From Roseibacillus sp. (GTDB lineage Bacteria > Verrucomicrobiota > Verrucomicrobiia > Verrucomicrobiales > Akkermansiaceae): a stretch of DNA of 64,000 nucleotides. Positions 1 to 9,956 of the stretch are shown one piece after another. Numbering within the stretch: position 1 is the first letter of the stretch; every line of letters starts with the position of its first letter. The stretch lies in contig CBDEUM010000004.1 of NCBI GenBank assembly GCA_965242925.1, positions 32,001-96,000 of the forward strand. The letters run 5' to 3'. Position numbers and translations under genes: made by a program. Under the pieces are notes generated by a model. It did no database searches. It worked only from the letters and a program-made list of their open reading frames with translations, and had not been told where the DNA came from.

Positions 1-247
1 TCATCTTGCCGTCATCACGGAAGAGGTTCTCCTTGTGGTCATAGGAATCCACATGGCTTACGCCGCCGGCCATGAAGATGAAGATGACACGTTTGGCGCC
101 GGGAGCGTGGTGCACCATCGTTGGTCTGATCGGGTTGCCCGCAGCCATGGCCTCCCGGTGTGCCATCGCGCCCATGGCAAGTCCGCCAAAGCCACAGGCA
201 ATGTTGCGCAGTGCGCTTCGGCGGGAAATGAGGTGTTCTGGCTGCAT
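1..247 (-). CDS. DUF1501 family protein, 5' part (runs off window start)
   Basis: My translation from ATG at 247: MQPEHLISRRSALRNIACGFGGLAMG...AKRVIFIFMAGGVSHVDSYD. It has a Tat-like SRR signal and the DUF1501 N-terminal motif, and lies directly downstream of a DUF1553 gene. Not in the ORF track. Confidence 0.85.
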   Translation of the reverse strand, partial: MQPEHLISRRSALRNIACGFGGLAMGAMAHREAMAAGNPIRPTMVHHAPGAKRVIFIFMAGGVSHVDSYDHKENLFRDDGKM

Positions 248-319
248 GGTGGTGGTTGAGCGGCGAGGCGATGAAGTTTTCCTAAATCTAACGATCTTCG
301 GGAGATCAGCAAGTCCACC

Positions 320-3163
320 CTAATTCAGGTAGCGGAAATCAAGGCTGGCAAACAGGCTTTGGAACACCTGAGTCCAGACCGTTTCGGATTCTTGTGCCTC
401 TTTAAGGAAATCCAGAATGATTTTCCCTTCGCTTGCAGTGGGGTTGCGGCCGAGAGCAAGCTGATAGGCGTATTTCACTCTTGCATCATTGCTGCCGGAT
501 CGCTCCTTGAGCAGGTGGGCTGCTGCCGCCCTGGCCTGCTGCCGTACGAAAGGGTTGTTCATCAGGAAGAGAGCCTGCGTAGGCACACTGCTGGTGGTGC
601 GCTTTCCCGTTACCAGGTTGGGATCCGCAAAGTCAAAGACCTGCATGATTTCAGGTAATGTGTTGCGAAATACCGGACTATAGATGCTGCGGCGGTTTCC
701 TTCAAACTTGTAGCCGTATTCTGTTTTTGTGCCGGTCTTGACTGTTGCCCCGCCCAGTTTCTTGTCGAGCTTCCCGGTTGCCGAGAGAATGGAATCGCGT
801 ATTGCCTCGGCCTGCAGACGCCGTCGGTTCTGGCGCCAGAGCAGATGATTTTCGATATCGATCCCTGTCTGTGCATCGCTGTGCGTGGAACTGAGTTGAT
901 AAACACGCGAGAGCATGATCTCGCGTATGAGGCTCTTGGGGGACCATCCATTTTCCACGAAACGGACAGCAAGGTGATCGAGGAGTTCCGGGTTGGTTGG
1001 TGCCTGGCCCATGTGACCGAAGTTATCGACGCTGCCGACTATGCCCCTGCCGAAGAGGTGATGCCAGACTCGGTTCACGAATACCCGGGCAGTGAGAGGG
1101 TTTTGCCGACTGGCGATCCAGTCGGCGAGCTCGGCACGCCCGCTTGATGCGGCTATGAATTCAGGGGTCGGTTCACTCTGCAGGACCCTGATAAAGCCAC
1201 GTGGTGTTTTTTCCCCCGCATTGTGGACATTGCCTCTCACGGCAATGTGGATATCGCCTGTATCCTTCGCCTCCTCTGCGGCAATGACCTGGGGAGAGGG
1301 TCCCGGTTTCTTCTGCAGGGATTTGAGTTCTTCCTCGAGCTTCTTCATTCTTTGCCCTGTATCCGGTTTGTCCTGCTCCACAGGGGGCTTGGTGTTGTCC
1401 TTTTTTGGTGTCGCCGTTGCCCCTTCCGGAAGGAACTGAACCGCGTCGGCGATCACGTGCGCAGTGGTTCCCTTGTTCGAGATGACCACGGCCTCCCATT
1501 CACCAATGAGGAAATCATAGGTTCCCAGGGAGATAAAGCTGCCGTCTATCGGTGGGGTCTTCGTCTGGTCAATGTGCCTGATGACCTCGCCGTCGGCGTG
1601 GCGGATGAGCACCGGCACCTTGCGGTCACGATTGGTTCCTTCCGTGTAGGAGACACGCACCTCGAACTTGCCGTCGCCTGGGATTCTGACCTTATAAGCG
1701 ACCTCTTTTGTTCCCTTTCCTCTGGCATCGTCATGGATGTAGTTTTCCGCCACGTATCCATTATTTGATGTCGAGCGTGTCCACTCGCCCTTTAGCGTTG
1801 CCTGCAGGTCATCGACCACGACGCCGGACAGGCTTGCAATTGCTACCGCGGGTCTTTTTTTGCTCCCCGATTTCTTCTTCAGGGCGGCAATTTCCTTTTT
1901 CAGGGCATTGATGCTTGCTGCCCGCTTCTTGGCGAGTTGCTCCTCTTCGGGGGATGCCGGAAGTGCCCGCTTGTTCCAGGTGGACACGTTGCTGTGGACG
2001 ACGACCTTGGTTCCCTTGAGGATGCCGGCCATCCCGTAGTAATCGGCTGTGCTGATCGGGTCAAACTTGTGGTCGTGACAGCGTGCGCATCCGATGGCTA
2101 ACCCCAGGAAAGCCTTGCCCATGGTGTCGAGTTGTTCGTCAATAATGTCCATTTCCAGGACGGTTTTGTCCTGTAACTCGTAATTGGTAGGTCCAATCAG
2201 GAGGAATGCCGTGGCGATGAGTGCTTCCTGTCTTTCCTCAAGGGTTCCTCCCTGCAGGAGGTCGCCGGCGATCTGTTCGCGCACGAAGCGGTCATAGGGT
2301 TTGTCGGAGTTGAAGGAATCAACCACATAGTCGCGATATCGCCACGCCTCACCGAAGAGCAGGGTGCGCCCGCCGCCGGTTGACTCGGAGTAACGCGCGA
2401 TGTCCAGCCAGTGCCTTGCCCACCTCACGCCGAAGTCAGGGCTGGCCAGCAGTTCATCGATCAGGCCGGCAATGGCGTTCTGCCGGTTGGTTGCAGCGGC
2501 CTTGTTGAAAGCTTCAGCCTGTCCGGGGGTTGGCGGCAGGCCAGTGAGGTCAAAATAGATGCGTCGCAGCAGGGTGGCTTCATCGGCATCATTGACAGGG
2601 GTGATGCCTTTTTTTTCCTGGGCAGAAAGGATGAAGCGATCGATGTCGGTATGTGGCCAGTTGGCATCCCTGACCTCTGGAGGAGCTTTTTCAGTGACAG
2701 GAAGGAAGGCCCAGAATTGCTTCGCGGCTTCAAGGTCGAGTTGCTTCTGCTCGATTGAGCTTTCCGCGGATCTGCGAGGGTCTGGAGCACCCATGGCGAC
2801 CCATTTCTCCAGTGCCTCTATTTGTTCGGGCTTGAGTTTTTTCTTTGGGGGCATTTTCAGATCCGCGTCCGAGTGCCGGACTGCCTGGATCAGGAGGCTC
2901 TTGCCGACCCGGCCGGGAATGACGGATGGACCAGAGTCTCCACCTTCCAGTAATCCTCCGCGGTAATCCAACCGGAGGCCACCTTTCAACTTCTTGGAGT
3001 CAGCCGAGTGACATTCGTAGCAGTGCTGGACTAGCAGAGGGCGGATATGCTTTTCAAAATGGGATATATCCGGCGGGCTGGCAGCCTGTGCCATTGCAGA
3101 AAGCAACGCGGCGAAGAGAATCTGGCAGGGCGTTTTGATGGCGTTGTAACGAAGGAGGGGCAC
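320..3163 (-). CDS. Planctomycete-type cytochrome c / DUF1549 / DUF1553 (PSD1) protein with a central beta-sandwich insert
   Basis: Signal peptide, CYECH and CARCHDHKFDP heme motifs, ATLLRRIYFDLTGLPP, NPLTARVFVNRVWHHLFGRG, VPTQALFLMN. The insert ending VIADAVQF resembles golvesin/xanthan-lyase C-terminal domains. Confidence 0.9.
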   Translation of the reverse strand: MPLLRYNAIKTPCQILFAALLSAMAQAASPPDISHFEKHIRPLLVQHCYECHSADSKKLKGGLRLDYRGGLLEGGDSGPSVIPGRVGKSLLIQAVRHSDADLKMPPKKKLKPEQIEALEKWVAMGAPDPRRSAESSIEQKQLDLEAAKQFWAFLPVTEKAPPEVRDANWPHTDIDRFILSAQEKKGITPVNDADEATLLRRIYFDLTGLPPTPGQAEAFNKAAATNRQNAIAGLIDELLASPDFGVRWARHWLDIARYSESTGGGRTLLFGEAWRYRDYVVDSFNSDKPYDRFVREQIAGDLLQGGTLEERQEALIATAFLLIGPTNYELQDKTVLEMDIIDEQLDTMGKAFLGLAIGCARCHDHKFDPISTADYYGMAGILKGTKVVVHSNVSTWNKRALPASPEEEQLAKKRAASINALKKEIAALKKKSGSKKRPAVAIASLSGVVVDDLQATLKGEWTRSTSNNGYVAENYIHDDARGKGTKEVAYKVRIPGDGKFEVRVSYTEGTNRDRKVPVLIRHADGEVIRHIDQTKTPPIDGSFISLGTYDFLIGEWEAVVISNKGTTAHVIADAVQFLPEGATATPKKDNTKPPVEQDKPDTGQRMKKLEEELKSLQKKPGPSPQVIAAEEAKDTGDIHIAVRGNVHNAGEKTPRGFIRVLQSEPTPEFIAASSGRAELADWIASRQNPLTARVFVNRVWHHLFGRGIVGSVDNFGHMGQAPTNPELLDHLAVRFVENGWSPKSLIREIMLSRVYQLSSTHSDAQTGIDIENHLLWRQNRRRLQAEAIRDSILSATGKLDKKLGGATVKTGTKTEYGYKFEGNRRSIYSPVFRNTLPEIMQVFDFADPNLVTGKRTTSSVPTQALFLMNNPFVRQQARAAAAHLLKERSGSNDARVKYAYQLALGRNPTASEGKIILDFLKEAQESETVWTQVFQSLFASLDFRYLN

Positions 3164-3407
3164 GTTCTTTTTCAGCAGGGAATGCTCTTTGAGATCACAA
3201 CGATCCCCTGTGGCAGAGAATTATTCTGCCAATCAGGACATTCAGCGAGATTTAAATGCGTTTCACCTGCCGTGAACCACTTGGAGAATTACGTCGCTAC
3301 TACTAGCGGAATGCGGCGTAAATCTGACGATTCCAGTCGATTCGATCGGGATTTCCGGGAGGACTCCCAGTTGAAGCCCGCGCGATTCCGCTGCTGTTTT
3401 CCCAGGC

Positions 3408-4853
3408 TCAATTATGAGGCTCGGGAGCCCGGGTTTCAAAGCGCATAAGCTCCTTGAGGAAGGTGAGCTCGATGTTGCCGGTCGGGCCGTTACGGTTCTT
3501 GGCGATAATGAGCTCGGCCTTTCCTTGACTGGCCTCGCGATCCTGATCGGACTCATCACCGTCGGTGGTGGGATCGTTATAGTATTCCTGGCGGTAGAGG
3601 AGGCCGATGAGGTCGGCGTCCTGCTCAAGGGAACCCGATTCCCGAAGGTCGGACATCCGCGGTGCCCCGCCGCGCTGCTCTGGTCCCCGGTTCAGTTGGG
3701 CCAGGACGATGACCGGAACATTCAGTTCCTTTGCAAGGGCCTTCAGGCCGGCCGATATTTCCGCGATTTCCCGTTCGCGCGAGCCCTCGGCCTGGCGGGA
3801 TTGCGAGCGCATGAGTTGCAGGTAGTCGACTGCGATCAGGCCGATGTCAGCGTCGCGCTTCTTGCGACGGGCCTTGGCCCGGACATCTCCGATGGGAATG
3901 GCAGGGGTGTCATCTATGAAGAGTGGTGCTGACTTGAGCTGTTTGGACGCATTCAGGATGTTGGAGAGTTCCTCCTTGGTCGGTTGGAGACCGGGGCGGA
4001 GGTTAGCCATGCTGTAGCGGGCCCGCGAGAAGAGGAGACGCTGCACGATCTGCTGCGCGCTCATCTCGCAGGAGAACACGAGAGTAGGGATCTGCTGGTC
4101 GATAGCTACGTGCTCGACGATGTTCATCATCAGGGAGGTTTTTCCCATCGAGGGTCGAGCCGCGATGATGAACATCTCCCCTGGTTTCAGGCCCTTGCTC
4201 ATTTCATCGAGCTTGGTGTATTTGGTGGGCACGCCCTCGAGAGGGCGTTCATTGTGCATGAATTGCTGGAGGACTTCGATCACCCCCTCAATAAGATCTC
4301 CCACCTTGATCTCGCCCTGGACCTCGGAGTCTTCCTTGATCGCGAAGACCTTTGCCTCAACGGTATCCAGAAAGGCTTGAACGTCTTCCGGGTCATCATA
4401 GGCCTTGCTGATCGATTCGGTGCAGGAGGAAATCACCGAGCGGAGGATGTGCTTCGACTTGACGATGCCCAGGTGGTGCTCGAAGTGAGCGGCGGTGGGG
4501 GCGTAGGTATAGATGGTGGTTAGTTCGGCGGCTCCCCCCAGGTTCTCCAGGAGATTGCGGTCCTTGAGCAACTGCGTGAGGGAAACCAGTTCGATCGGTT
4601 GGCCATTGTCGTAGAGTTCGAGCAGGACCTTGTAGAGAGTGCCGTGGGCCGGGATGTAAAAGTGGCTGGGAGTGAGGTGTTCTTCAACAGCGGCCCCGAT
4701 GTATTCGGTGGGCTCCTGCATCATGGAGCTGAGGATGCTCTTCTCCGGACCAGTAGCGTTGGGGAGCGCGCGGGCCGCTCCGTCATCCCCGGGTTGCACG
4801 ACCTGCAGGCGGGGTGAATCCTGGTCATTCTTCTGGGAGGTCTCGATGGCCAT
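3408..4853 (-). CDS. dnaB: Replicative DNA helicase
   Basis: AARPSMGKTS Walker A, VDYLQLM, AQLNR, DLRESGSLEQDAD, IIAKNRNGPTG. Start placed at ATG 4853 (track ORF opens at 4940). Confidence 0.97.
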   Translation of the reverse strand: MAIETSQKNDQDSPRLQVVQPGDDGAARALPNATGPEKSILSSMMQEPTEYIGAAVEEHLTPSHFYIPAHGTLYKVLLELYDNGQPIELVSLTQLLKDRNLLENLGGAAELTTIYTYAPTAAHFEHHLGIVKSKHILRSVISSCTESISKAYDDPEDVQAFLDTVEAKVFAIKEDSEVQGEIKVGDLIEGVIEVLQQFMHNERPLEGVPTKYTKLDEMSKGLKPGEMFIIAARPSMGKTSLMMNIVEHVAIDQQIPTLVFSCEMSAQQIVQRLLFSRARYSMANLRPGLQPTKEELSNILNASKQLKSAPLFIDDTPAIPIGDVRAKARRKKRDADIGLIAVDYLQLMRSQSRQAEGSREREIAEISAGLKALAKELNVPVIVLAQLNRGPEQRGGAPRMSDLRESGSLEQDADLIGLLYRQEYYNDPTTDGDESDQDREASQGKAELIIAKNRNGPTGNIELTFLKELMRFETRAPEPHN

Positions 4854-5150
4854 GGGGGAGAAAGAACTGTTCCCCGCAGGATCGATCGAATCTAACCGGT
4901 CGCAACATTTAATTAGTACATCCTGAACAATGTGGATCACGGCTCGGCCGTGCCTTTGCCTCCTTAATTACAGGGGAGCGAGGTCCCCCGTCAGCCTCGG
5001 TGGGTGTGGAGAACCCGGGGGAGAACTGCGCTAATAGTTAGGCCCCGACGAGCAAGTCGCTTGAGGACTGCGAACCAAAGTGACCAAGCGATATCTCAAC
5101 TGCCTCAGCAGCGCGAATCCGGACCCGTTTCGATGGCGCGATGCGACTGG

Positions 5151-5630
5151 TCAGGCGTCGCTTTCGGAAGGCGCGTTTTCCCCGGTCTCGATGGTTATGC
5201 TGAGCGTGGCGGTCACATCTGCATGGAGTTTGATTTCCACCTCGCTCTTGCCGGAACGCTTGAGGGGTTTGTCCAGTTTGATGGCCGTGCGCTCGATTTC
5301 GACACCTTTTTCCTCAAGAGCCTTGTGAATGTCCATGCTGGTGATGGACCCGAAAGCCTTACCGCCTTGTCCGGTTTCCAGGGTGAACTTGGGCCGTAGT
5401 CGGCTGATCTTGCCGGCGAGTTCCCGGGCATTTTCAAGTTCCTCGGCCTCGCGTTGTGCACGGTTGGCCTGCAGAGACTCCAGATTACGCAAATTACCCT
5501 TGGTGGCTTCGTAAGCCTTCCCGGTGGGAATGAGGTGGTTGCGGGCGTAGCCTGCCTTCACCTTGACGACATCGGCTTCGACGCCCAGTCCAGTGATCTT
5601 CTCGCGCAGAATGACTTTGGTAGTGGCCAT
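5151..5630 (-). CDS. rplI: 50S ribosomal protein L9
   Basis: KVILREKITGLG...VKVKAGYARNHLIP, GKAFGSIT. ATG at 5630. Confidence 0.97.
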   Translation of the reverse strand: MATTKVILREKITGLGVEADVVKVKAGYARNHLIPTGKAYEATKGNLRNLESLQANRAQREAEELENARELAGKISRLRPKFTLETGQGGKAFGSITSMDIHKALEEKGVEIERTAIKLDKPLKRSGKSEVEIKLHADVTATLSITIETGENAPSESDA

Positions 5631-5751
5631 GGGAGCTTGGGATGGTTCGGGATGGTCCGTCTTCACCGTGACGGACGGGGCGCCGGAGATAGTTGCGGGG
5701 ACAGGCTCGGTCAAGGAGTTAATCGTTGCGCAGGCCTGTCTGTCAGGGTTT

Positions 5752-6477
5752 TCAGGGGAGTCGCCACTGCCCTTGAAGTCGATCGTAATCAGGCTTGGGC
5801 AACAGGACGTAGAGCGGATTCCGGCCGGGATCGATTCTGGCGATGAGGGTGCGGAGATGGGCTTCGGGCATGGTTGTGCAGCCCGAGGTGGGCTTGGCTC
5901 CGTTCCCCCGCCAGATATGGAAGAAAATGGCAGAGCCCGCTCCTGGAATCGGCTTCGGCAGGGCATTATGGGCAATGAAGAGCTTCAGGGAGTGAGGGTA
6001 ATCCTCCTGCCGCATCTGGGCTCTTATTTCCCATTTTTCCCGCGGTTCGTGTTTGAGAACGAGGTGATGGTTATAATGCGGCGAGGACGGATTCTCGACC
6101 CAGAGGTCACGGGTGGTAATCTGGCGGTAGGGTAGTTTGGGATGTTTCTTGATGGACTTGTGGTAGCCCCAGGCTCCGCCGATCCGAAAAATTCCGGCGG
6201 GTGCCCGCCAATCGCCCTCGGCCTTCCGTGAGGCCTTGGATGGGAGAGGGTGGAGGCCTCGGCCCCAGGCCAGGCCCTTTTTTGCACAACGCCCCCCCCA
6301 GGGTCCCTCCACCTTGTGCCAGATGCCCATTCCGTTTTTCTCATAGAGATAGACTGTGAGGTGAGAGCTCTGCCAGGACTTGGTGATCCCTACCACGACC
6401 TGCGATGAGTCCCGGGGCAATTCAAAGGCAGGGGCAACGAGACTGAGCAGGAGATAGGCGCAGAAGAGGCGGGCCAT
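5752..6477 (-). CDS. L,D-transpeptidase (YkuD-like) family protein
   Basis: KAEGDWRAPAGIF and GSAIFFH...PTSGC His/Cys catalytic motif; signal peptide. Confidence 0.85.
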   Translation of the reverse strand: MARLFCAYLLLSLVAPAFELPRDSSQVVVGITKSWQSSHLTVYLYEKNGMGIWHKVEGPWGGRCAKKGLAWGRGLHPLPSKASRKAEGDWRAPAGIFRIGGAWGYHKSIKKHPKLPYRQITTRDLWVENPSSPHYNHHLVLKHEPREKWEIRAQMRQEDYPHSLKLFIAHNALPKPIPGAGSAIFFHIWRGNGAKPTSGCTTMPEAHLRTLIARIDPGRNPLYVLLPKPDYDRLQGQWRLP

Positions 6478-6520
6478 GCGTGCAGTGTAAACTACCGGGT
6501 TGCCCGGATACAGCGTTCAG

Positions 6521-7456
6521 TCAGCCGCGCTCCTGGAGGAGAACCTTGAAGGCCTGCCCGGCCCCGTGAGGATCGGTAAGGAAGCGTTCGGCAGGTTGAG
6601 ACGATTTCCCCAGAAACGAACTGCAGTATTCACGTTGGGTGACGAGGCGATGATCGTGGAGGCCGAGGTCTTTTCCCCAGCGGACGAGGTCGTCAAAATT
6701 GACGTCAGCGGTGAGATCCTGCCTCCCGGGAAGTCGATAGAGATTCGCGCCCGTGACACACTCATGATGGTAGTAGCCACGGATGGTTCCGGCGGGTTTG
6801 CGGTGATAAATTTCTTCGGGAGCCCCCCCGTAGTCTATGGTGAGCAGATGTCCTGTCTTCCAGTGGGGGAGCCAGTCTTCCATCCACTGACGGTAACTGG
6901 CGTGGACCTCAAGACATTGTCCGGGTGTCCACGGTTGCCTGAGGAGGGAGGAGTCGGGAAGGCGGCCTGCTGGCAGCCACTGTTCTTCTATCCCGGCTTC
7001 GCTCGCCTCAAGAACCAGTTCCTGCCAGTGGTTGTCTCCTTTTCGAAAAATGCGAACAGGAAAAGCGTCCACCAGTTCGTTGGAAAAGATGAAGGCCGCG
7101 CCACCGGTTGCGCGAAGCGCGCTTTTCATCGTGGTGTGGAATCGCACCGAACGCCCCAGTTGCCTTCGTAGAACGGATCGGATCCGTGGCGCTCTTTCCA
7201 CCAAATGGTAGCGGGGCAGTTTCCTGAACTGTGGGAAGGGAGGCTTGAACTCGCGCCGGAGCGCAGTGGCAAGGTGTCCGGCGCCGGGACCTATCTCGAT
7301 GATGTCCTGCAGGCCGGTGAGGTGAATGGTCCGCGCAATCGCTTTTGCCAGTATTCCCGCCAGCGTGGGGGTGGTGGCGAAATCGCCCCCGGTGCCGATG
7401 GTGCGGACATGACTGCTGTAGTAGCCGTGCTCATGGTCATAAAGACAGAGCTCCAT
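6521..7456 (-). CDS. SAM-dependent methyltransferase, MidA/NDUFAF7 family
   Basis: GYY...GDFAT, EIGPGAG, SNELVDAFP, IDYG, QDLTADVNF. True start probably upstream (see findings). Confidence 0.88.
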   Translation of the reverse strand: MELCLYDHEHGYYSSHVRTIGTGGDFATTPTLAGILAKAIARTIHLTGLQDIIEIGPGAGHLATALRREFKPPFPQFRKLPRYHLVERAPRIRSVLRRQLGRSVRFHTTMKSALRATGGAAFIFSNELVDAFPVRIFRKGDNHWQELVLEASEAGIEEQWLPAGRLPDSSLLRQPWTPGQCLEVHASYRQWMEDWLPHWKTGHLLTIDYGGAPEEIYHRKPAGTIRGYYHHECVTGANLYRLPGRQDLTADVNFDDLVRWGKDLGLHDHRLVTQREYCSSFLGKSSQPAERFLTDPHGAGQAFKVLLQERG

Positions 7457-7661
7457 GAACCGGTCGAAGCGGAGGTTGCCGGTAACCTCGAAGTGTGGTT
7501 GGAGCCAGGAATTCAGGATGAGGATTCAGGGTGCAGCGTTTAGATCGGTGGCAAGGTGCACGATGGTCGCATCCTGCGGGGGCGGAGGAGTGATCGTTTC
7601 GCGGAAGAGTCTGGCCAGGCAAGGGGGCAGAAGGCCGGCGCCTCCCTTTCCGGAATCAGAG

Positions 7662-9824
7662 TCACTTGCCATGGCTGGCTCGCGCCAGTTGATCACAGGC
7701 CTTGAGGTCGAGCTTGCCGGAGGCCAGGACGGGGATCTCGCTCACGGGAATGATGAACTTTGGACACCAGAGCGAGGGGATCCCCTCGTCCAGCAGTTTG
7801 TATCGCATGTCCATGACTTCCTGCTCGGGGGTCTCACCGGCCACGGCGGAGAGAAGGGCAATCACCTCGCCCTTCTTTTCGTCGGGCAGTCCCACTACTG
7901 CGATCTTCCGTTCTTCCTCGCCGTCGAGGCCGAGGATCTTGTTGAGGTGCCCCTCGATGACTTCATGGGGAACCATTTCTCCTGCGATCTTGGAAAAGCG
8001 GGACATGCGCCCCTCGATGTAGAGGAAGCCGTTCTCGTCGAGACGCCCCACGTCTCCGGTCTTGAACCATCCGTCGATGATGACCTCGTTGGTGAGGTCC
8101 TCGCGGTTCAGGTAACCGGGAAAGACATTGGCCCCACGAAGCCAGATGATGCCGCTTTCGTTAAGGGCACGCCGTTCGTCGGTGTCGGTATCCGTGATCC
8201 TGACCGCGATGCCCGGGAGGAAGGGCCCCACCGAGCCGAGTTTGCTGCCCGGGATGACGGGAGTCCGGTCATCGGGTGCTTCCGCGTCGGGGAGATTGAC
8301 ATTGGTGGCGGGGGAGGTCTCGGTCAAACCGTAGCCCTCGAAGGGGAGCAGGCCGAACTTCTTCTCAAATGAACGGGCAAGGTTGGTGGGAAGTTTTTCA
8401 GCTCCGGTCACCACGAGGTCGAGAGAGGCGAGCAGTTCCGGGTCGACGCGTCTCATGTAGCCCCGGAGGAAGGTGGGAGTGGCAAGTAGAAGATTGAGCT
8501 CGTGCTCATGGATGAGTTCAGCCAGTCGCTTGGTTTCCAGTGGACTGGGATAGGTGACGAGCTTGGCGCCCTCGATGATCGGGAACCAGAGGGTCACGGT
8601 GCAGCCAAAGGAGTGGAAGAGGGGGAGCGATCCCAGGATTCCCGCCTTGGGAGGAAGGGAGAGCCGGGTGCCGAACTGGCAGACGTTGGCGAGCACGTTG
8701 CGGTGGCTGAGGGGAACCCCTTTGGGTTCGCCCGAGGAACCGGAGGTGAAGAGAAGGATCGCCTCGTCGTCCCCACGGCTGCCCTTCTTCAATCCAAGCA
8801 GGCGGGTGAGCAGTGAGGTGGGGAGAATCCTGGAGAGGAGGAACCACTTTTTGATGCTCTTCCCGATGGTGGGCAGAATGCGCTCGATGAGCAGGAGATC
8901 GCGGTTGGGTGGCCACGGGAAGGTGGGCACCTTGCGGACAAAGGGATCAGCGGTGATAAACTTGTCGAGATCACCCTGCTTGATGGCGGACTGGACTGCG
9001 TCCTGGGAGGCAGTGAAGTTCAGGTTGACCGGGATCTTGTTGGCAAAGAGGACGGCGATGTTGGCAAGAAGGCCCCCCTTGCCGGGGGGGAGGATGATTC
9101 CAACCCGCTTCTTGTCGGTGGCATCCCGGATTTCCTTGGACAGGGCGATGGCGGCGGGAAGGAGTTTTGAGTAGGGGAGGAAGCTGTCGTCGGAACCGTC
9201 GTGAATGCAGACCCCCCCGTGCTTCTTCAGGCCGGCCAGGAGATGTTCGGCCAGGGAGTCCTCAAGGAATTGTCGCGAACTGAATGCGATTTCCGAGGCT
9301 CGCAGGAGGCTCTCCTGATAACCCGGCACGGTGATCTCTTCTCCGTCGAGGCGGTCGCCGAGGACGAAGATGGCGGACGGCAGTCGGGAGGGCGATTCAG
9401 TGGCGAGGCGGAGTTCGGCAGGAATCGAAACGGCCACCGGAAGGGTGGGGAGATTCAGGGCGCAAAGGAAGGCAAGGTGCCCGGGGGTGATATGGCAGGC
9501 GGTGCCATGGCGAGCGGCTGCATCGCCCGGGATGAAAACCAGAAGGGCGCCGTCCTCAAGTTTGGGTTGCAGGGCCTCGCCAACGGCAGTGGGGTCAGGA
9601 TCCTCCTGCGAGAAGGTGACAGCCCGCACATCCTCGCGGGCGAGATAATCCTGCGTTTCGGTTTCAACCATGGCTCCTTCCTCGATCAGCCAGGTGACGG
9701 GGCGGACGCCGAGGCGGGAAGCCAGATTGAGAAGTTCACGGTGTGGCAGACGGCCCGGAACGAGCAGGACGCCGTCTGCCGGGAGGTTCTCAAAGCCGAG
9801 GAAAGTGACGGAAGCCGAGGACAT
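7662..9824 (-). CDS. Aas-like acyl-ACP synthetase (AMP-binding) with N-terminal acyltransferase-like domain
   Basis: LFTSGSSGEPKG, EGYGLTE, WFKTGD, SRFSKIAGEMVP, SGKLD. Start at 9824 or 9899. Confidence 0.88.
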   Translation of the reverse strand: MSSASVTFLGFENLPADGVLLVPGRLPHRELLNLASRLGVRPVTWLIEEGAMVETETQDYLAREDVRAVTFSQEDPDPTAVGEALQPKLEDGALLVFIPGDAAARHGTACHITPGHLAFLCALNLPTLPVAVSIPAELRLATESPSRLPSAIFVLGDRLDGEEITVPGYQESLLRASEIAFSSRQFLEDSLAEHLLAGLKKHGGVCIHDGSDDSFLPYSKLLPAAIALSKEIRDATDKKRVGIILPPGKGGLLANIAVLFANKIPVNLNFTASQDAVQSAIKQGDLDKFITADPFVRKVPTFPWPPNRDLLLIERILPTIGKSIKKWFLLSRILPTSLLTRLLGLKKGSRGDDEAILLFTSGSSGEPKGVPLSHRNVLANVCQFGTRLSLPPKAGILGSLPLFHSFGCTVTLWFPIIEGAKLVTYPSPLETKRLAELIHEHELNLLLATPTFLRGYMRRVDPELLASLDLVVTGAEKLPTNLARSFEKKFGLLPFEGYGLTETSPATNVNLPDAEAPDDRTPVIPGSKLGSVGPFLPGIAVRITDTDTDERRALNESGIIWLRGANVFPGYLNREDLTNEVIIDGWFKTGDVGRLDENGFLYIEGRMSRFSKIAGEMVPHEVIEGHLNKILGLDGEEERKIAVVGLPDEKKGEVIALLSAVAGETPEQEVMDMRYKLLDEGIPSLWCPKFIIPVSEIPVLASGKLDLKACDQLARASHGK

Positions 9825-9956
9825 GAAGACAAGGACGACGCTGGCATTGGGGATGCCATATTGAAAGCATGAACGGTTAAGGTCTGGGGACTTACTCACA
9901 GCTGCCCCGGGGAAAGTTCTTCACAGGCCGGGGAGGCGTTGTTAGACCCCGCCGCA

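Noticed and set aside
3408..4853. Intein in DnaB
   Set aside because: Normal length with contiguous helicase motifs.
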